A stretch of DNA of 64,000 bases. Origin: the human T2T-CHM13v2.0 reference genome, Homo sapiens. The stretch is from the NCBI RefSeq assembly GCF_009914755.1, contig NC_060932.1, one strand, 5' to 3'. The notes below the pieces were generated by a model, which saw nothing but the letters and a program-made list of their open reading frames with translations, did no database searches and was not told the DNA's origin. Below are positions 14,398 through 32,770 of the stretch, one piece after another. Position 1 is the stretch's first letter. Every line of letters starts with the position of its first letter. Position numbers and translations under genes: made by a program.

Positions 14398-15537
14398 TGC
14401 AAAAAAGAGCAGAAGAAAAATGCCCAAAGTTACGTTCCCAGGAGAGCAAGTCCTGGTTGGATGATTAAGTAATTATAGGAAGATTATGTGTCAGTCAGAA
14501 GTGGGGAGCAGTCATGGAGGGCCTAGGAAGGCACACAGCACACAAAGGCCAGGCCACCTGTCTGCCCACTCTGACCGAGAGGCCTTCTCAGTGAATTGGT
14601 TTGGATTCTTGGGGTCCCAAGGGAAAGGCTTTCTCAATTGTAGATAAAAGTACACATGGCTATATTAGCATGATGCCATTTTGCATTTGATTTTGGTTCC
14701 TCATTCACTATATAATCTTGTGATTGTAATTTGCCTTGCCTTGTAGATCTATGTACGGGGAAAGAATGAATGGGCCATATTGGCTTGAGTATTCAGCTGT
14801 GATTCCCATTGTAAGATGAACAAAGTGGCATTCTGATATTATACATTATTCTCTTTGAGGTTGGTTAATGTGAGTCTGCCACCCAAATGAAAAAACATTC
14901 ACTGTCTCTGCCCACCATGTGCTTCATAGGCATCTTCTTTTGGAACTTTTTCCCAGAAGTTTTTACACCAAGTAATGAATATAGGAAGCTGTCACCACAG
15001 ATTCACTGAGGGCCCAGTGGTTGTCAGGCACTGTATTAAGGACTGGGGAATATGGCAGTGAACAAAAGGGACACTATCCCCACCTTGTGGAGATTACAGT
15101 CCAGTAGGACAGAGAGTTGGTAAACTATTACTACATCATCACAGACGACGTACCGCATGATGTCAGAAAGAAGCCCAGTCATAGGAGCAGTAAGACAGGG
15201 AGGTGGACACAGACAGGCTGGTGTAGGAAAGGTTCCCTCTCAGTCTCCACCTGAGACCTGGAGGACGAGTGGGAGTATGGAGAGAGCACATACCCCACAC
15301 TGGAGTCTGCGTGCTCCTCTTCCACCTTCCTTGTCATGGGTGTTGGGTGGGGACACGGGAAGCTACATCACGAGCCCTGTCCCCTTGAATCTGGACCTGT
15401 CCACTCTACGTGTTCCTTTGAACGTCCCCACGCTTGTACCCTGTGTGGCAGCTGCTGCAGCCCGATGTTGCAGCCTCCCCTAAGATGTGGAAAACCCAAC
15501 TGCCCAGAAGGAAGCCTGTGCTCCTGGAATGTCATGA

Positions 15538-15949
<412 letters not shown>

Positions 15950-16934
15950 TAGGTAAACTTTTTTTTTTTTTTTTAATCAAACTATTCTTTGTTTTCAAAC
16001 AAACACACGGAACACATTCTCACAGAAACCTAACAACCAAAAAGTGTCGGAAAGGAAAACTGGCTTTGTGTTTCACATTAAATAATACAATACTTGTTCA
16101 TAATTTATCTTTTCAGCCTGCTAGACTCCATTTTTAAGTAGAAAACAGAAAGACAGCCATCAGGCCCAAGAGAAGTCTTAAATATATCTTTGAAGTTTGG
16201 AAGTGACTCATGCCGTGAGTCTGGAAGTGTAGGTTTCTTTTGAAACATGCACTGCTGCCGCAGCTGTAATCACTGCCTCCTCAGCACTGGTGGCCTAGGC
16301 AGGCAGGAGGGCTCATGTCAGCTGTGACTGGCCGTCATCACATCCCACAGGACACTCTTGCTCCTTCTGTTGCCAGCCCTACATTCTCCCCCTTCTGCCT
16401 GTCTAGACAGCCCCTTCCCTTAGAGAAAGGGGAGGCCCTGTGAGCTCTGCACTGGTCCTGCCTGCAGCACACACACTGTGCCCTCCCCTCCTTACTCTGT
16501 TGGGTGCTAAATCCTTGCCTCCATTCCCCATCTCTGTGTAAACCTCACTGGCTTATGAAAGTCTCCCTTGGCCCATAGACTGATTTCCCCAGGACAGCCT
16601 CTGTTCCACAGCACACATCACACTTGCAGTCACTTTTATAGAGCTGATCTTCCTGGGAAACTCTGGGTCCTCCTTGGCAGGGACTGTGTCTTCCTGCTCA
16701 TGGCTGTGTCCTGGTGCCTAACATATCATAGGTGCTTAATGAATAGGTTTCTTGTCTGAGAGATGTGGCCCCTCCTTCCCATGACCACAGTCAGGTTTCT
16801 CAGAGTCAGGAGTGGGCTCAGAGCCCCTATGCACCCCAGTCCTGTATGGCAGCATGGATGGTTCCACTTAGACCAGCTGGAAGGACTGGTTAAGATCCAT
16901 CAGCTCAAGTCTTCCTTTTCAGATGTGGCAACAG

Positions 16935-17363
16935 GATTAGTTTGCTAGGACTGTCAAACAAAGCACCATAAACTGGGTTAGTTAGACAACAGAAATTTAT
17001 TGTCTGCCAGTTCTGGAGGCTGGAAGTCTGAGATCAAGGTATCAGCGGGGTTGGTTCCTAAGGGCAGTGAGGGAGGATCTGTCCAGGCCTCTTCCTCAGC
17101 TCCTGGTGGTTTGCTGGCCTTTTTTTTAGCATTTCTTGGCTTGAGGAAGTATCATCAATCTTGCACTCTCTCTGAAGGTGTCTATATCCAAATTTCCCTT
17201 TTTTTGTAAGGACACCAGTGATTGGATTAGGGCCTACCCTAATCACCTCATCTTAACTTGATCATCTTAAGTTAAGTCATCTATTTGCAGATAAGGTCAC
17301 ATTCACAAGTACTGGGGGGAAGGACTTCAATATATTTTAAGGAACCCAATTCAGCCCAAAACA
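16935..17363 (-). mobile_element. MLT1 solo LTR
   Basis: ATTAGTTTGCTAGGACTG...GTTCTGGAGGCTGGAAGTCTGAGATCAAGGT...CAATTCAGCCCAAAACA. Confidence 0.85.
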
Positions 17364-20300
17364 GTGACTCAGTTTATAACACATTATCCTCCCTGCTGAA
17401 AGATGATCCTACTCACCCATAATAAAGGGATCATGCTATTTTCCCAGGTGTAGTCTTATTTGTTGCTCTTTGTGAGCAGGAACTGGAAGACAGAGGAAAA
17501 CTCTGGTTATAAAATAAGAGGTCATCTGCCTGGGTGATGGGGCTAATTGCTAAGTCTGGAACATGGTCTGCACAGGGTGTTTCAGCTGACCGGCATCAGG
17601 CCCACTTGACTGAACATCCCATAAGAACCCCAATCACAGGAGTTCAGTTAATCTTCTGGATCAATAAACAATTATTTAGAGAAAGTGACTTTGTCAACAA
17701 TTTAATTAAAATCACCCAACCTATGAAATTAGAAGTAATTCAAGTTTGAGCACATATTAGCTGTGTGGCCTAGGCAAGTCATTTGTCTGGATAGCAACAT
17801 ACTCTCTGTAAAGCACTGGGATTAGGTAACCTCTGAAGACCCTTTCGACTGGAACCTTCCTTGGATTATGTGGTTCTTTTCGTGTTGAAAGCAGAAAAGC
17901 TCTCTAAGGAGTTGGGATATACAAGTATGAAAAGAAATTAAATGAAGTGCTTTTCCTCTTCATTATCATTGTAGATATGAGGTGGTTCTTGCCTCTGCAC
18001 GGAAGAAACATGCTAGATCTCTGTCTTGATCCACTTTTATGTACTCAATGTCTACTCCTTGCAAGAGATAAACCAGCACACAGGACATGGGACCTTTGCT
18101 GATAGGGTACCATTCTTGGCTCACCCTGCTGGTCCCACCCTGCTGGGCTGGTGGTGTTAGAATTTGCATGGGTTGAATGTATCATTTTCATCTTCAAAAT
18201 AACCAATTTTCCAAAGAGTTATTTCTGTAAGTGTCTAATAACATATTTAAGAACCAAATCAGAGTGTCAGTTGTACAACCTAGTCTTCAGGCTATAGACA
18301 CTCACTTTTTACAATCTTGGCATAAAAAAATCTTACTAATAATAGTGTCTTGACTATAAATAGAGATTTTCTAATGTCCTCTCCTGCTATTGTATTGCTC
18401 ATTACAATGCTCAATGTTTCATAATCCCTTTTTTTGGCCATAAAACTGTGCCTCTTGATTGTGAGAAGGATATAAAATAGACCCAGATGTCTTAACCAAG
18501 TTTGGATAAATCAGTCATCACCTTCTTTTTTTCCAGTAAGAATGAGGCATAACAGCTTGAGTGATGCACAGACTTTATTTTCCATTTGATCTTTCCAAAG
18601 CAAACAGAACCAAGGTGTAAAGTCTGCTAATGGCTGTGTCAGCCGTGTGGCATTCAGTTTTAAGGACGCGAACATCACTATTGTGAAAAGAGAGGGAAGT
18701 TAAATTGTTAGTGTTTAGTCTCATTTAATATTAAGACCAAAAATAAAAACCTCAGGAGAAAGACAAAGAGAATGACTAATGAACTCAGTTCTAGTTTAAT
18801 GCTTGAGAGGGGCATAGACTTTGATATGAAACTAGGGAGACGAGCTCTCAATACGGTAGCTTTTCCCTCAAATATAAGAATTCTTAGATTTAAATTTAAA
18901 TAGTAAATTATTTTAGAATTTTCCGTTTTGCAAAAAAAGGTAATAATAAATACAAGAAGTCCCACTCAACAAGGTCATAATGAGGCAGAGTGGATCTGCA
19001 GTAACATAACAATAGTCAGACACCAGAGCATTTTTTATCCCAACATTTTATAGAATGTGTTATGTGTTGGTCACTAGATGGGTGTTGAATATACATGGCA
19101 TTTAAAACACAAAGCTACATTACAGGATTGGAACAACTCCAATGTTTAAATGAAGAAAACATAACATAGAGGGGTTAATAGTCTGCTCAGGCTCATCCAG
19201 TTAGGAAACATTTAATACTAAACTCAGGAATCAAGAGGGGAGCAGGGCCATTTGACTCAAGTCCTGAGCTTTCAGAAGACTTGGGTTTTCCTATGAAGAG
19301 GACCTGCATGTGTGCAGATACTGCTCTCATGCTGCTTTCCAGGTGCGAGAATAAGACGAACACAAAGATCTGGTTGTGATACCAATTCTGATGGCATCAT
19401 TAATATAAGCCAGGCCTATACCATGGAGTTAGAAGGAGGATTGGAAAAAGTCCTGGCAATGCTGCCCGTGACAGTCTGAGGCACTACAGGGCACACAGAG
19501 ATGAGGGAAACACAGTTCCTCAGAGCACTTTTAGGAAGGCCCTGGTAGTGTACATATCATGATAACAGGGAGGCTCCAGGTGTCATGAAACAACTGTGAA
19601 AGAATGCTATTGGGAGCCGAAGCGGGGTGAGACCCTGGTAGCAAAGGCCTTTCTGAAGCCCATTCCACGCATGGCTATTGCTGGTGGTGACTGCAGCACT
19701 AGGAGACAGGAGAAGAAAGGTCTGTTAGAGGAAGGGGAGCATGGCACGGGCCTCAAGGATGGGTAGGTTTTGGGTAAGAAGAAAGGGGGTGGGAGATGGC
19801 ATTCCGAACAGAGGGAATAATAAGAGAGAGGCATAAAGGGGAGCATCACTTGGTACAAATATTGGGAGATGTAGCCCTAAATTTGTAAGACTGGGGCCTG
19901 GGAGCATTCCATTCCAGGGATTCCAAACTTGGTCTGAAGATTGTCTAAGAAATCTGGGAATAGGCTTTGGTTAGTCTATGAAGTTTTATTTGAAACTAAA
20001 TATATGTGCATGTTTCACTTATCTATGTTGTTGGATTAAAAAAAAACCACTCCAGAGTTAACTTAAAAATGAACTGTCTTAAAACAACAATTTCTTATTT
20101 CTTCTAGTTCTGTAATCTGTGTTGGGTTACCTAGGAACGAAAAAATTGTTCCAGAACCCCAGTCTGGTGTCTGGGGCCCTGCCACCTATTTTCAGCCCTC
20201 CTTCATGTTCAGTGCCTACCCTCCTGCTGAGAGTTTGAAGTAACAGCTAACCCTATCAAGGGATTCCTCATTAAAGGCCATCTTTGGGGATATTTCTATA

Positions 20301-20702
20301 TTTTATATTGAAACTTCCACTGCCGTCAAGTACAGAACTTGTACAAAAGAGTGGGTTTCCTGAAGGCCAGTTTTGACTCAACACAAATAATAACATTATT
20401 TTATCTAGAGCTGTTCAACTATGAACTTTTTCCCAGGTCAATGAGTCCTCTAATAATAGATGATTTGAAGCAGAGGGTGGATACTGTGACTCAGGGTTTC
20501 TGTAGATACAAATCCTTCACCCCAAGACTCTACTGCACCAGCAGATGCTCTTATGATGATCTGGAAGCTGTGAAGGGTCCTGATTTAGCTGTTCCCTAAT
20601 GTAACAAGGATACTGAGATGGAGAAAAACCAACAGTGTTAGGAAACAGCAGTGCACTTGATAACTGGAAGAACAAACAATGTCTATTTCTTTCTTTAAGA
20701 AA

Positions 20703-20946
20703 AATTATTTTTTTTTTAATTTTTAGTTTTTGTGGGTACATGCTAGGTATATATATTTATGGGGTACATATGTTTTGATATAGGCATGCAATGTGTGATA
20801 ATCACATCATGGAGAATGGAATAGCCATCCCCTCACATTTATATTTTGTGTTATAAACAATCCAGTTTACACTTTTAGATATTATAAAATGTACAATTAA
20901 GTTATTATGACAATCGTCACCTCGTTTGCTATCAAATAGTAGGTCT
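20703..20946 (-). mobile_element. L1MA-type 3' end
   Basis: TTTTGTGGGTACAT...TATATATTTATGGGGTACAT...AATCACATCATGGAGAATGG. Confidence 0.8.
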
Positions 20947-21173
20947 TTTTAACTTTTATTTTTATTTTAGTTTCAGGGGTATTTAGGTTCATGTGCTTGT
21001 TTGTTATATAGGTAAACTTGTGTCATGGATTTGTGCACAGATTATTTTGTCACCCAGGTACTAAGCTCAGTACCCAATAGTTATTTTTTCTGTTCCTCTC
21101 CCTCCTCTCGCACTCTATCCTCAAGTGGGGCCCCAGTGTTTGTTGTTCCCTACTTTGTGTCCATGAGTTCTCA
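20947..21173 (-). mobile_element. Older L1PA (PA13-16 class) 3' end
   Basis: ATAGGTAAACTTGTGTCATGG...CACCCAGGTACTAAGC...GTACCCAATAGTTATTTTTTCTG. Confidence 0.8.
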
Positions 21174-21333
21174 AAAATAATGTCTATTTCTGTAGCACCG
21201 TTATCAATAGGTGAGAGTGTTGTTCTTTCTCACGTGAGTGTGTGAGCAGAGAGAAGGCAGGTGCTACTTTCTTAAACATTCTGTAGTTGCTGCATTAAAA
21301 GGTTCCCACCTGTGTGCTATTTATATATCCTAG

Positions 21334-21667
<334 letters not shown>

Positions 21668-22344
21668 AGAACATGTCAGACTCTTAACACTGATTAATGC
21701 TGTAATCAGCCTGGCAACAGCTGCTGGCTTAACAACTTCATTTGCAGCCACAGAAGTACGTGTTTCTACTCTTGCATTACTTACCGGCAACCTAATTTAT
21801 ATCAAGCCTCTTCTCATGCTTTAAAGATGTTCTTCAAAGATATGTTAGATGTCAGCAAAGTCATCACCAGTCATGTAACGTGGATGATGCCATTGGGATT
21901 ACAATGAAGAGATCCTAGCCTGTGGGTTCCCATTTTAATTTGGAATCATAGTGTAATTAATTATCCTTATTCTAGACATGTAACAGATCTGGTTACAGTC
22001 AAAGGCAGGGAAAATATTAGAAGTCTGGAAGTGAAAACACTGGGAAGTGATTTATCTTCAGGGCAAGAGTTAATCTCTTTCCACTTTGGGTCTGGAAATT
22101 CATGGGTTTTGTTTTCTAGATAAGACTTCCTACAACACTGGCCAACCAGAGTATGTTGGTTGGCAATTCTAGGTGTGGACGGTGCTTTCTGTTGCCCCAG
22201 GTTAAATTTGATAGACATTTCTGAAAACTTGGTTTGATTAAACTGATTGATCAGGATAGTTTTAAGTTTCTTTGTAATGTATGCTGTTATTTGTAGTTGC
22301 TCTATGTATTATTCTAAGAATGTATATATGAAATGAAAACTTAA

Positions 22345-22637
22345 TTTTCTTTTTTTTTGAGATGGTGTTTCACACTGTCACCCAGGCTGGAGTGCAGTGG
22401 CAATCTCAGCTCACTGCAACCTCTGCTTCCCGGGTTCAAGTGATTCTCCTGCCTCAGCCTCCTGAGTAGCTGGGATTACAGGCACAAGCCACCATACCCA
22501 GCTAATTTTTGTATTTTTAGTAGAGATGGTGTTTCATCAAGTTGGTCAACGTGGTCTCGAACTCCTGACCTCAAGTGACCTGCCCACCTCAGCCTCCCGG
22601 AGTGCTGGGATTACAGGCGTGAGCTGCCGCACCTGGC
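22345..22637 (-). mobile_element. AluS
   Basis: Full dimer; flanks TGAAAA(A)CTT. Confidence 0.92.
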
Positions 22638-22939
22638 TGAAAACTTTAAATCAGTGAAAGCTATCTGAATAGATGGGAAACAACTGCCTATTTTTGGTGT
22701 AAAAAGTGTCAATCATTTATTTGTGATTTATATGTAAGAGGGAAAATGTTGCTGTCATATTTACTGAAAGATAAATGCTAAAAAAAGAATATGCCTTCTA
22801 TGTGGTTTTTCATGTTTACTTGTGTACTTTTTTTGCTTATGAAATTTTGAGAATAGTGTATTATTAGATTCACACCCACTTCTTAAGTCGTGTGTTATGA
22901 AGCAGTCACATGTGTTGTGAATTACTTATGAATAATAAT

Positions 22940-23130
22940 GATAGCTAACATGATTTCTTACTAGATACTATGCTACTTTATCTCATTTAATCCTCAAGAT
23001 AATATTGTAAGATATATACTGTGATATCCTCCTCATATTGTAGATGAGGAAATGGATGCTTAGATAGTTTAACTACCCCTCACGGAGCTGGAAAGCGTAC
23101 AGGAGGGGCTCAAATCCAGGTGTGACCATT
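22940..23130 (-). mobile_element. MIR
   Basis: ATCTCATTTAATCCTCA...TAGATGAGGAAA. Confidence 0.7.
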
Positions 23131-23271
23131 GTTCAACTGCATTGTTAAACTGCACTTCACTGGCTTTTCACACGGTGCCTTGATAATTTCAGACTTGGAT
23201 AACTTCCAATGATGAGAAGCTTGGTAGACATTTTCAGAGAGGAGGCGATGAAAGCATGACAAACATTTTCT

Positions 23272-23461
23272 TTTTTTTTATTATTATATTTTAAGTTTTA
23301 GGGTACATGTGCACAATGTGCAGGTTAGTTACATATGTATACATGTGCCATGCTGGTGTGCTGCACCCATTAACTCGTCATTTAGCATTAGGTATATCTC
23401 CTAATGCTATCCCTCCCTCCTCCCCCGACCCCACAACAGTCCCTGGAGTGTGATGTTCCCC
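23272..23461 (-). mobile_element. Young L1PA (about PA2-PA3) 3' end, 190 bp
   Basis: Near-consensus 3'UTR terminus; perfect 15-bp TSD TGACAAACATTTTCT at 23257-23271 and 23462-23476. Confidence 0.95.
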
Positions 23462-23519
23462 TGACAAACATTTTCTAATTATAGAGCGAGAAATGGGAGC
23501 TCAGAGGAATCAACTAATT

Positions 23520-23829
23520 TTTAACTTTTTAATTTTTATTTTTTTAGGGACAGCGTCTCATTCTGTTGCCCAGGCTGGAGTGCAGTGGTGCAATCATAGC
23601 TTATTGCAGCCTTGAACTCCTAGGCTCAAGTGATCCTCTTGTCTCAGCCTCCTGAATATCTGGGACTATAGGTGCACCATCATGCCTGGTTAATTTTTAT
23701 TTTATTTTTTGTAGAGATGGAGTCTTGCTATGTTGCCTAAGCTGGTCTTGAACTCTTGGCCTCAAGTGATCCTCCCTCCTCAGCCTCCCAAAGTGCTAGG
23801 ATTATAGGTGTGAGCCACTGCACCTGACC
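23520..23829 (-). mobile_element. AluJ
   Basis: CAATCATAGCTTATTGCAGCCTTGAACTCCTAGGCTCAAG. Confidence 0.9.
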
Positions 23830-24064
23830 TAATTTTTTAAGAATATTAGTTGACAAAAATTAGTTGAAATTTTCCAAAAGCAGTTCTACATCTCATGCTA
23901 TATTTCATTTCTTTTGCCTCTGAATTTTACTCTGGAAGTGAAATATTTTAAAATTTCTAATGAAGGTCCCAGGATCATGTAGTACCTTTCAAATAAAAAT
24001 ATCCTATATCATGTGTACATAAAATAAGCTGCTGTGTTCTTTTGTTTAGTTAATCAAAGAAGGG

Positions 24065-24245
24065 TTTTCAACATTTATTATGCACTACACACCGGGCTAA
24101 GCAAGGTACTTCATTTAATCTTCACAAGCATGGTGTAAGCTGGTATTACTGTAGCTGAGGAAACAGTCTCAGGGCAGTTAAGTTCCTTAACAAAAGTCGT
24201 ACATATTGTAAGCCACAGAGCTGGGATTACAACCCATGCCTGCCT
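24065..24245 (-). mobile_element. MIR
   Basis: TCATTTAATCTTCACAA...GCTGAGGAAACAG...AGAGCTGGGATT. Confidence 0.7.
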
Positions 24246-25610
24246 CATCCCCCTTCTTAGAAACAGATTTACTGTCCCCTGAAGATGAGGGAAATAAAGC
24301 CATTTCCCCAAATAAGCAATTTCTATTTTTTTAGTTACCTTCCAACTCTCTTAGTTCCAATGCTTCACTTGTAAGGTTGGATGCTTAGTCAATATGAGTT
24401 CTAATTCAAAATCTGCCTCAAAGTTTCAAAAGCTGCGCTGGTGTGTTGTTTCAAGAACTCCAATCTAATCACCATAGTCTGTCTAGGAAACAGACATCAG
24501 GGGCCTGAAGTGTCCAGATTTCCACTTGGTGTTATCTCAGTAGACACACAGCTGCAAATCAGTAGCAACAGACAGCCTCGTTTAATGATTCTTAACATTT
24601 CCCTCCAAATGAGAGAGAAAACTAAGCAAACCGAGGATGAGACTAGTCAGCATGTTTTATATCCATAAAGACTCAAGAAGCTGAAATGCAGGATTAATTC
24701 TGAAGGCTGAAGAGCTGGAAGTATTAATGACTCACCTTCCTAAGGAGACCAACTCCTCTCTTGTCACGTTGAGTGATGAAGACTCTGGTGTCTTGTGGCA
24801 TTTCCCCCCCAGTAGATGGGGCATTTGGGATTAGTGAGTTGCCTGTAGGAATGAGTCCTAACATTCTCTTACATCCTGTGTCAGGGAGAAGTTCTGGGTC
24901 AGCATCCTTATGACACGTGATCCTGTAAGTCTGTTCTGATCCTGATTCAAAGCTTTGAATGGGTCCAGCATCTTTGAAACCACCATGGGATGGTCGGCAA
25001 TCTAAATGTGGTCATTGTGCATCAGGCTGCTGTTCCTTTGTCTTGCTCGCAGTTAGAGAAGCAGGGACCTCTCTATCCCACTCTGTACTCTGGTGTTTCC
25101 CTGGCCTCTGAGCCTAAGTTCCTTATTCCTTCAAGTTAAATACATGTGCCAATCCCTTCCTCAGAATCAGCCTGCACACGGGTAACTGCAATGTTCACCA
25201 ACTTCTCTCCAGGACTGGTAGAGGCAGCCTGTCTCCTGGGAGTGCAGTGCTCTGCTCCCTCACATTCCTCCTGGGCTAGGAGAGGACCTCCTGTTTGGAC
25301 TTCGAGAGCCCTGGACCAGGTACCAACAAACCCTGACAAAGGTGCTGTAGTAATGGCCCAGAGCAGCAGAAAAAGCAAGGCTTTTTTAGACAGATGACCT
25401 AAATAGTGGCTCCAACACACATTCAACCGGCTTGAAGCCCCCAGGAAATGCTCAGTTTCCTTATCTGTAGAATGAAGTGAGTAACTGCTGTGCAGGTCAG
25501 AGTCAATGTATATAAAGCACTTGGTGTAATGCCTGGCATGTAATAGCCACTTAATAACTGGTAGCATTTATTATGTCTTTCAATGAACTTTCCAGACAGT
25601 GGGAAGCTAA

Positions 25611-26243
<633 letters not shown>

Positions 26244-26549
26244 CAACATATACATTTTTAAGCCTTTGGGATAGTTTGTAATATTGGAAACAATGAAATC
26301 AGGACTCAAATTCTTTTTATTTATTTATCTATTTATTTTTTTTTATTATACTTTAAGTTTTAAGGTATATGTGCACAACGTGCAGGTTTGTTACATATGT
26401 ATACATATGCCATGTTGGTGTGCTGCACCCATTAACTCTTCATTTAGCATTAGGTATATCTCCTAATGCTATCCCTCCCCCCTTCCCCCACCCCACAACA
26501 GGCCCCGGTGTGTGATGTTCCCCTTCCTGTGTCCATGTATTCTCATTGT

Positions 26550-30368
<3,819 letters not shown>

Positions 30369-30415
30369 TAGGATGTTAGCTGGTTATTTTGCTCGTTAGT
30401 TGATGCAGTTTCTTC

Positions 30416-31444
30416 CTAGCCTTGATGGTCTTTACAATTTGGCGTGTTTTTGCAGTGGCTGGTACCGGTTGTTTCCATGTTCAGTGCTTCCTTCAGGAGC
30501 TCTTTTAGGGCAGGCCTGGTCATGACAAAATCTCTCAGCATTTGCTTGTCTGTAAAGTATTCTATTTCTCCTTCACTTACGAAGCTTAGTTTGGCTGGAT
30601 ATGAAATTCTGGGTTGAAAATTCTTTTCTTTAAGAATGTTGAATATTGGCCTCCTGTCTCTTCTGGCTTGTAGAGTTTCTGCTGAGAGATCAGCTGTTAG
30701 CCTGATGGGCTTCCCTTTGTGGGTGACCCGACCTTTCTCTCTGGCTGCCCTTAACATTTTTTCCTTCATTTCAACTTTGGTGAATCTGACAATTATGTGT
30801 CTTGGAGTTGCTCTTCTCGAAGAGTATCTTTGTGGCGTTCTCTGTATTTCCTGAATTTGAATGTTGGCCTGCCTTGCTAGATTGGGGCAGTTCTCCTGGA
30901 TAATATCCTGCAGAGTGTTTTCCAACTTGGTTGCGTTATCCCCGTCACTTTCGGGTACACCAATAAGAGGTAGATTTGGTCTTTTCACATAGTCCTATAT
31001 TTCTTGGAGGCTTTGTTTATTTCTTTTTATTCTTTTTTCTCTAAACTTCTCTTCTCACTTCATTTCATTCATTTAATCTTCCATCACAGATACGCTTTCT
31101 TCCTGTTGATCGAATCGGCTACTGAGGCTTGTGCATTCATCACGTAGTTCTCGTGCCGTGGTTTTCAGCTCCATCAGGTCCTTTAAGGACTTCTCTGCAT
31201 TGGTTATTCTAGTTAGCCATTCGTCTAATTTATTTTTAAGGTTTTTAACTTCTTTGCCATGGGTTCGAACTTCCTCCTTTAGCTCGGAGTAGTTTGATCG
31301 TCTGAAGCCTTCTTCTCTCAACTCGTCAAAGTCATTCTCCGTCCAGCTTTGTTCCGTTGCAGGTGAGGAGCTGCGTTCCTTTGGAGGAGGAGAGGTGCTC
31401 TCATTTTTAGAGTTTCCAGTTTTTCTGCTCTGTTTTTTCCCCAT
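30416..31444 (-). pseudogene. L1 ORF1, disrupted
   Basis: ORFs 31073-31444 and 30416-30988 match ORF1p; internal stop and C-terminal frameshift. Confidence 0.95.
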
Positions 31445-32017
31445 CTTTGTGGTTTTATCTACCTTGGGTCTTTGATGATGGTGACAAACAGATGGGGTTT
31501 TGGTGTGGATGTCCTTTCTGTTTGTTAGTTGTCCTTCTAACAGTCAGGACCCTCAGCTGCAGGTCTATTGGAGTTTCCTGGAGGTCCACTCCAGACCCTG
31601 TTTGCCTGGGTATCAGCAGCAGAGGCTGCAGAACAGTGGATATTGGTGAACAGCAAATGTTACTGCCTGATCCTTCCTCTGGAATTTTTGTCTCAGAGGA
31701 GTACCAGGCCGTGTGAGGTGTCAGTCTGCCCCTACTGGGGGGTGCCTCCCAGTTAGGCTACTCAGGGGTCAGGGACCCACTTGAGGAGGCAGTCTGTCCA
31801 TTGTCAGATCTCCAGTTGTGTGCTGGGAGAACCACTAGTCTCTTCAAAGCTGTCAGACAGGGACATTTAAGTCTGCATAGGTTTCTCCTGCCTTTTGTTT
31901 GGCTATGCCCTGCCCCCAGAGGTGGAGTCTACAGAGGCAGGCAGGCCTCCTTGAGGTGCTGTGGGCTCCACCCAGTCGAGCTTCCTGGCTGCTTTTTTAC
32001 CTACTCAAGCCTTGGCA

Positions 32018-32617
32018 ATGGTTGGCGCCCCTCCCCCAGCCTCGCTGCCACCTTGCAGTTTGATCTCAGACTGCTGTGCTAGCAATGAGCATGGCTCCGT
32101 GGGCATAGGACCCTCCAAGCCAGGTGCGGGATATAATCTCGTGGTGTGCCGTTTGCTAAGACCGTTGGAAAAGCGCAGTATTAAGGTGGGAGTGATCCAA
32201 TTTTCCAGGTGCCGTCTGTCACCCCTTTATTTGACTAGGAAAGGGAATTCCCTGACTGCTTGCGCTTCCTGGGTGAGGCAATGCCTTGCCCTGCTTTGGC
32301 TCATGCTCGGTGCACTGCACCCACTGTCCTGCACCTACTGTCTGACACTCCCCAGTGAGATGAACCCAGTACCTCAGTTGGAAATGCAGAAATCACCCAT
32401 CTTCTGCGTTGCTCATGCTGGGAGCTATAGACTGGAGCTGTTCCTATTCGGCCATCTTGTCTCCACCCCTCAGGACTTGAATTCTTATGCAGCAGTCCCA
32501 GTGATCTTTAGAGAATGCACATCTTGCAGAACACCTGAGGTGAGGAGTTTGAGACCGGCCTGGCCAACATGGCGAAACCCTGTCACTACTAAAAATACAA
32601 AAGTTAGCTGGACATGA
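32018..32617 (+). other. L1 antisense ORF0-like frame (199 codons from ATG)
   Basis: GCAATGG start; MVGAPPPASLPPCSLISDCCAS matches the ORF0 N-terminus; open past the L1 end into the flanking Alu. Confidence 0.6.
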
Positions 32618-32770
32618 TGGTGGGCACCTGTAATCCCAGCTACTCAGGAGGCTGAGACAGGAGAATTGCTTGAACTCGGAAGATGGAGGTTGTAGCGAGC
32701 CGAGATTGTGTCACTGCACTCCAGCCTAGCTGACAGAGTGAGACCCTGTCTCAAAAAAAAAAAAAAAAAA
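32534..32770 (+). mobile_element. AluSx-like, 5'-truncated
   Basis: Begins CACCTGAGGT, ends in A-tail plus (GA)n. Confidence 0.92.

Noticed and set aside
17252-17276. Inverted repeat CTTAACTT...AAGTTAAG
   Set aside because: 8-bp stem inside an MLT1 LTR; within chance expectation.
24809-24822. CTCF-like motif CCAGTAGATGGGGC
   Set aside because: Mismatch in the core GGC; single motif matches are expected by chance in 64 kb.
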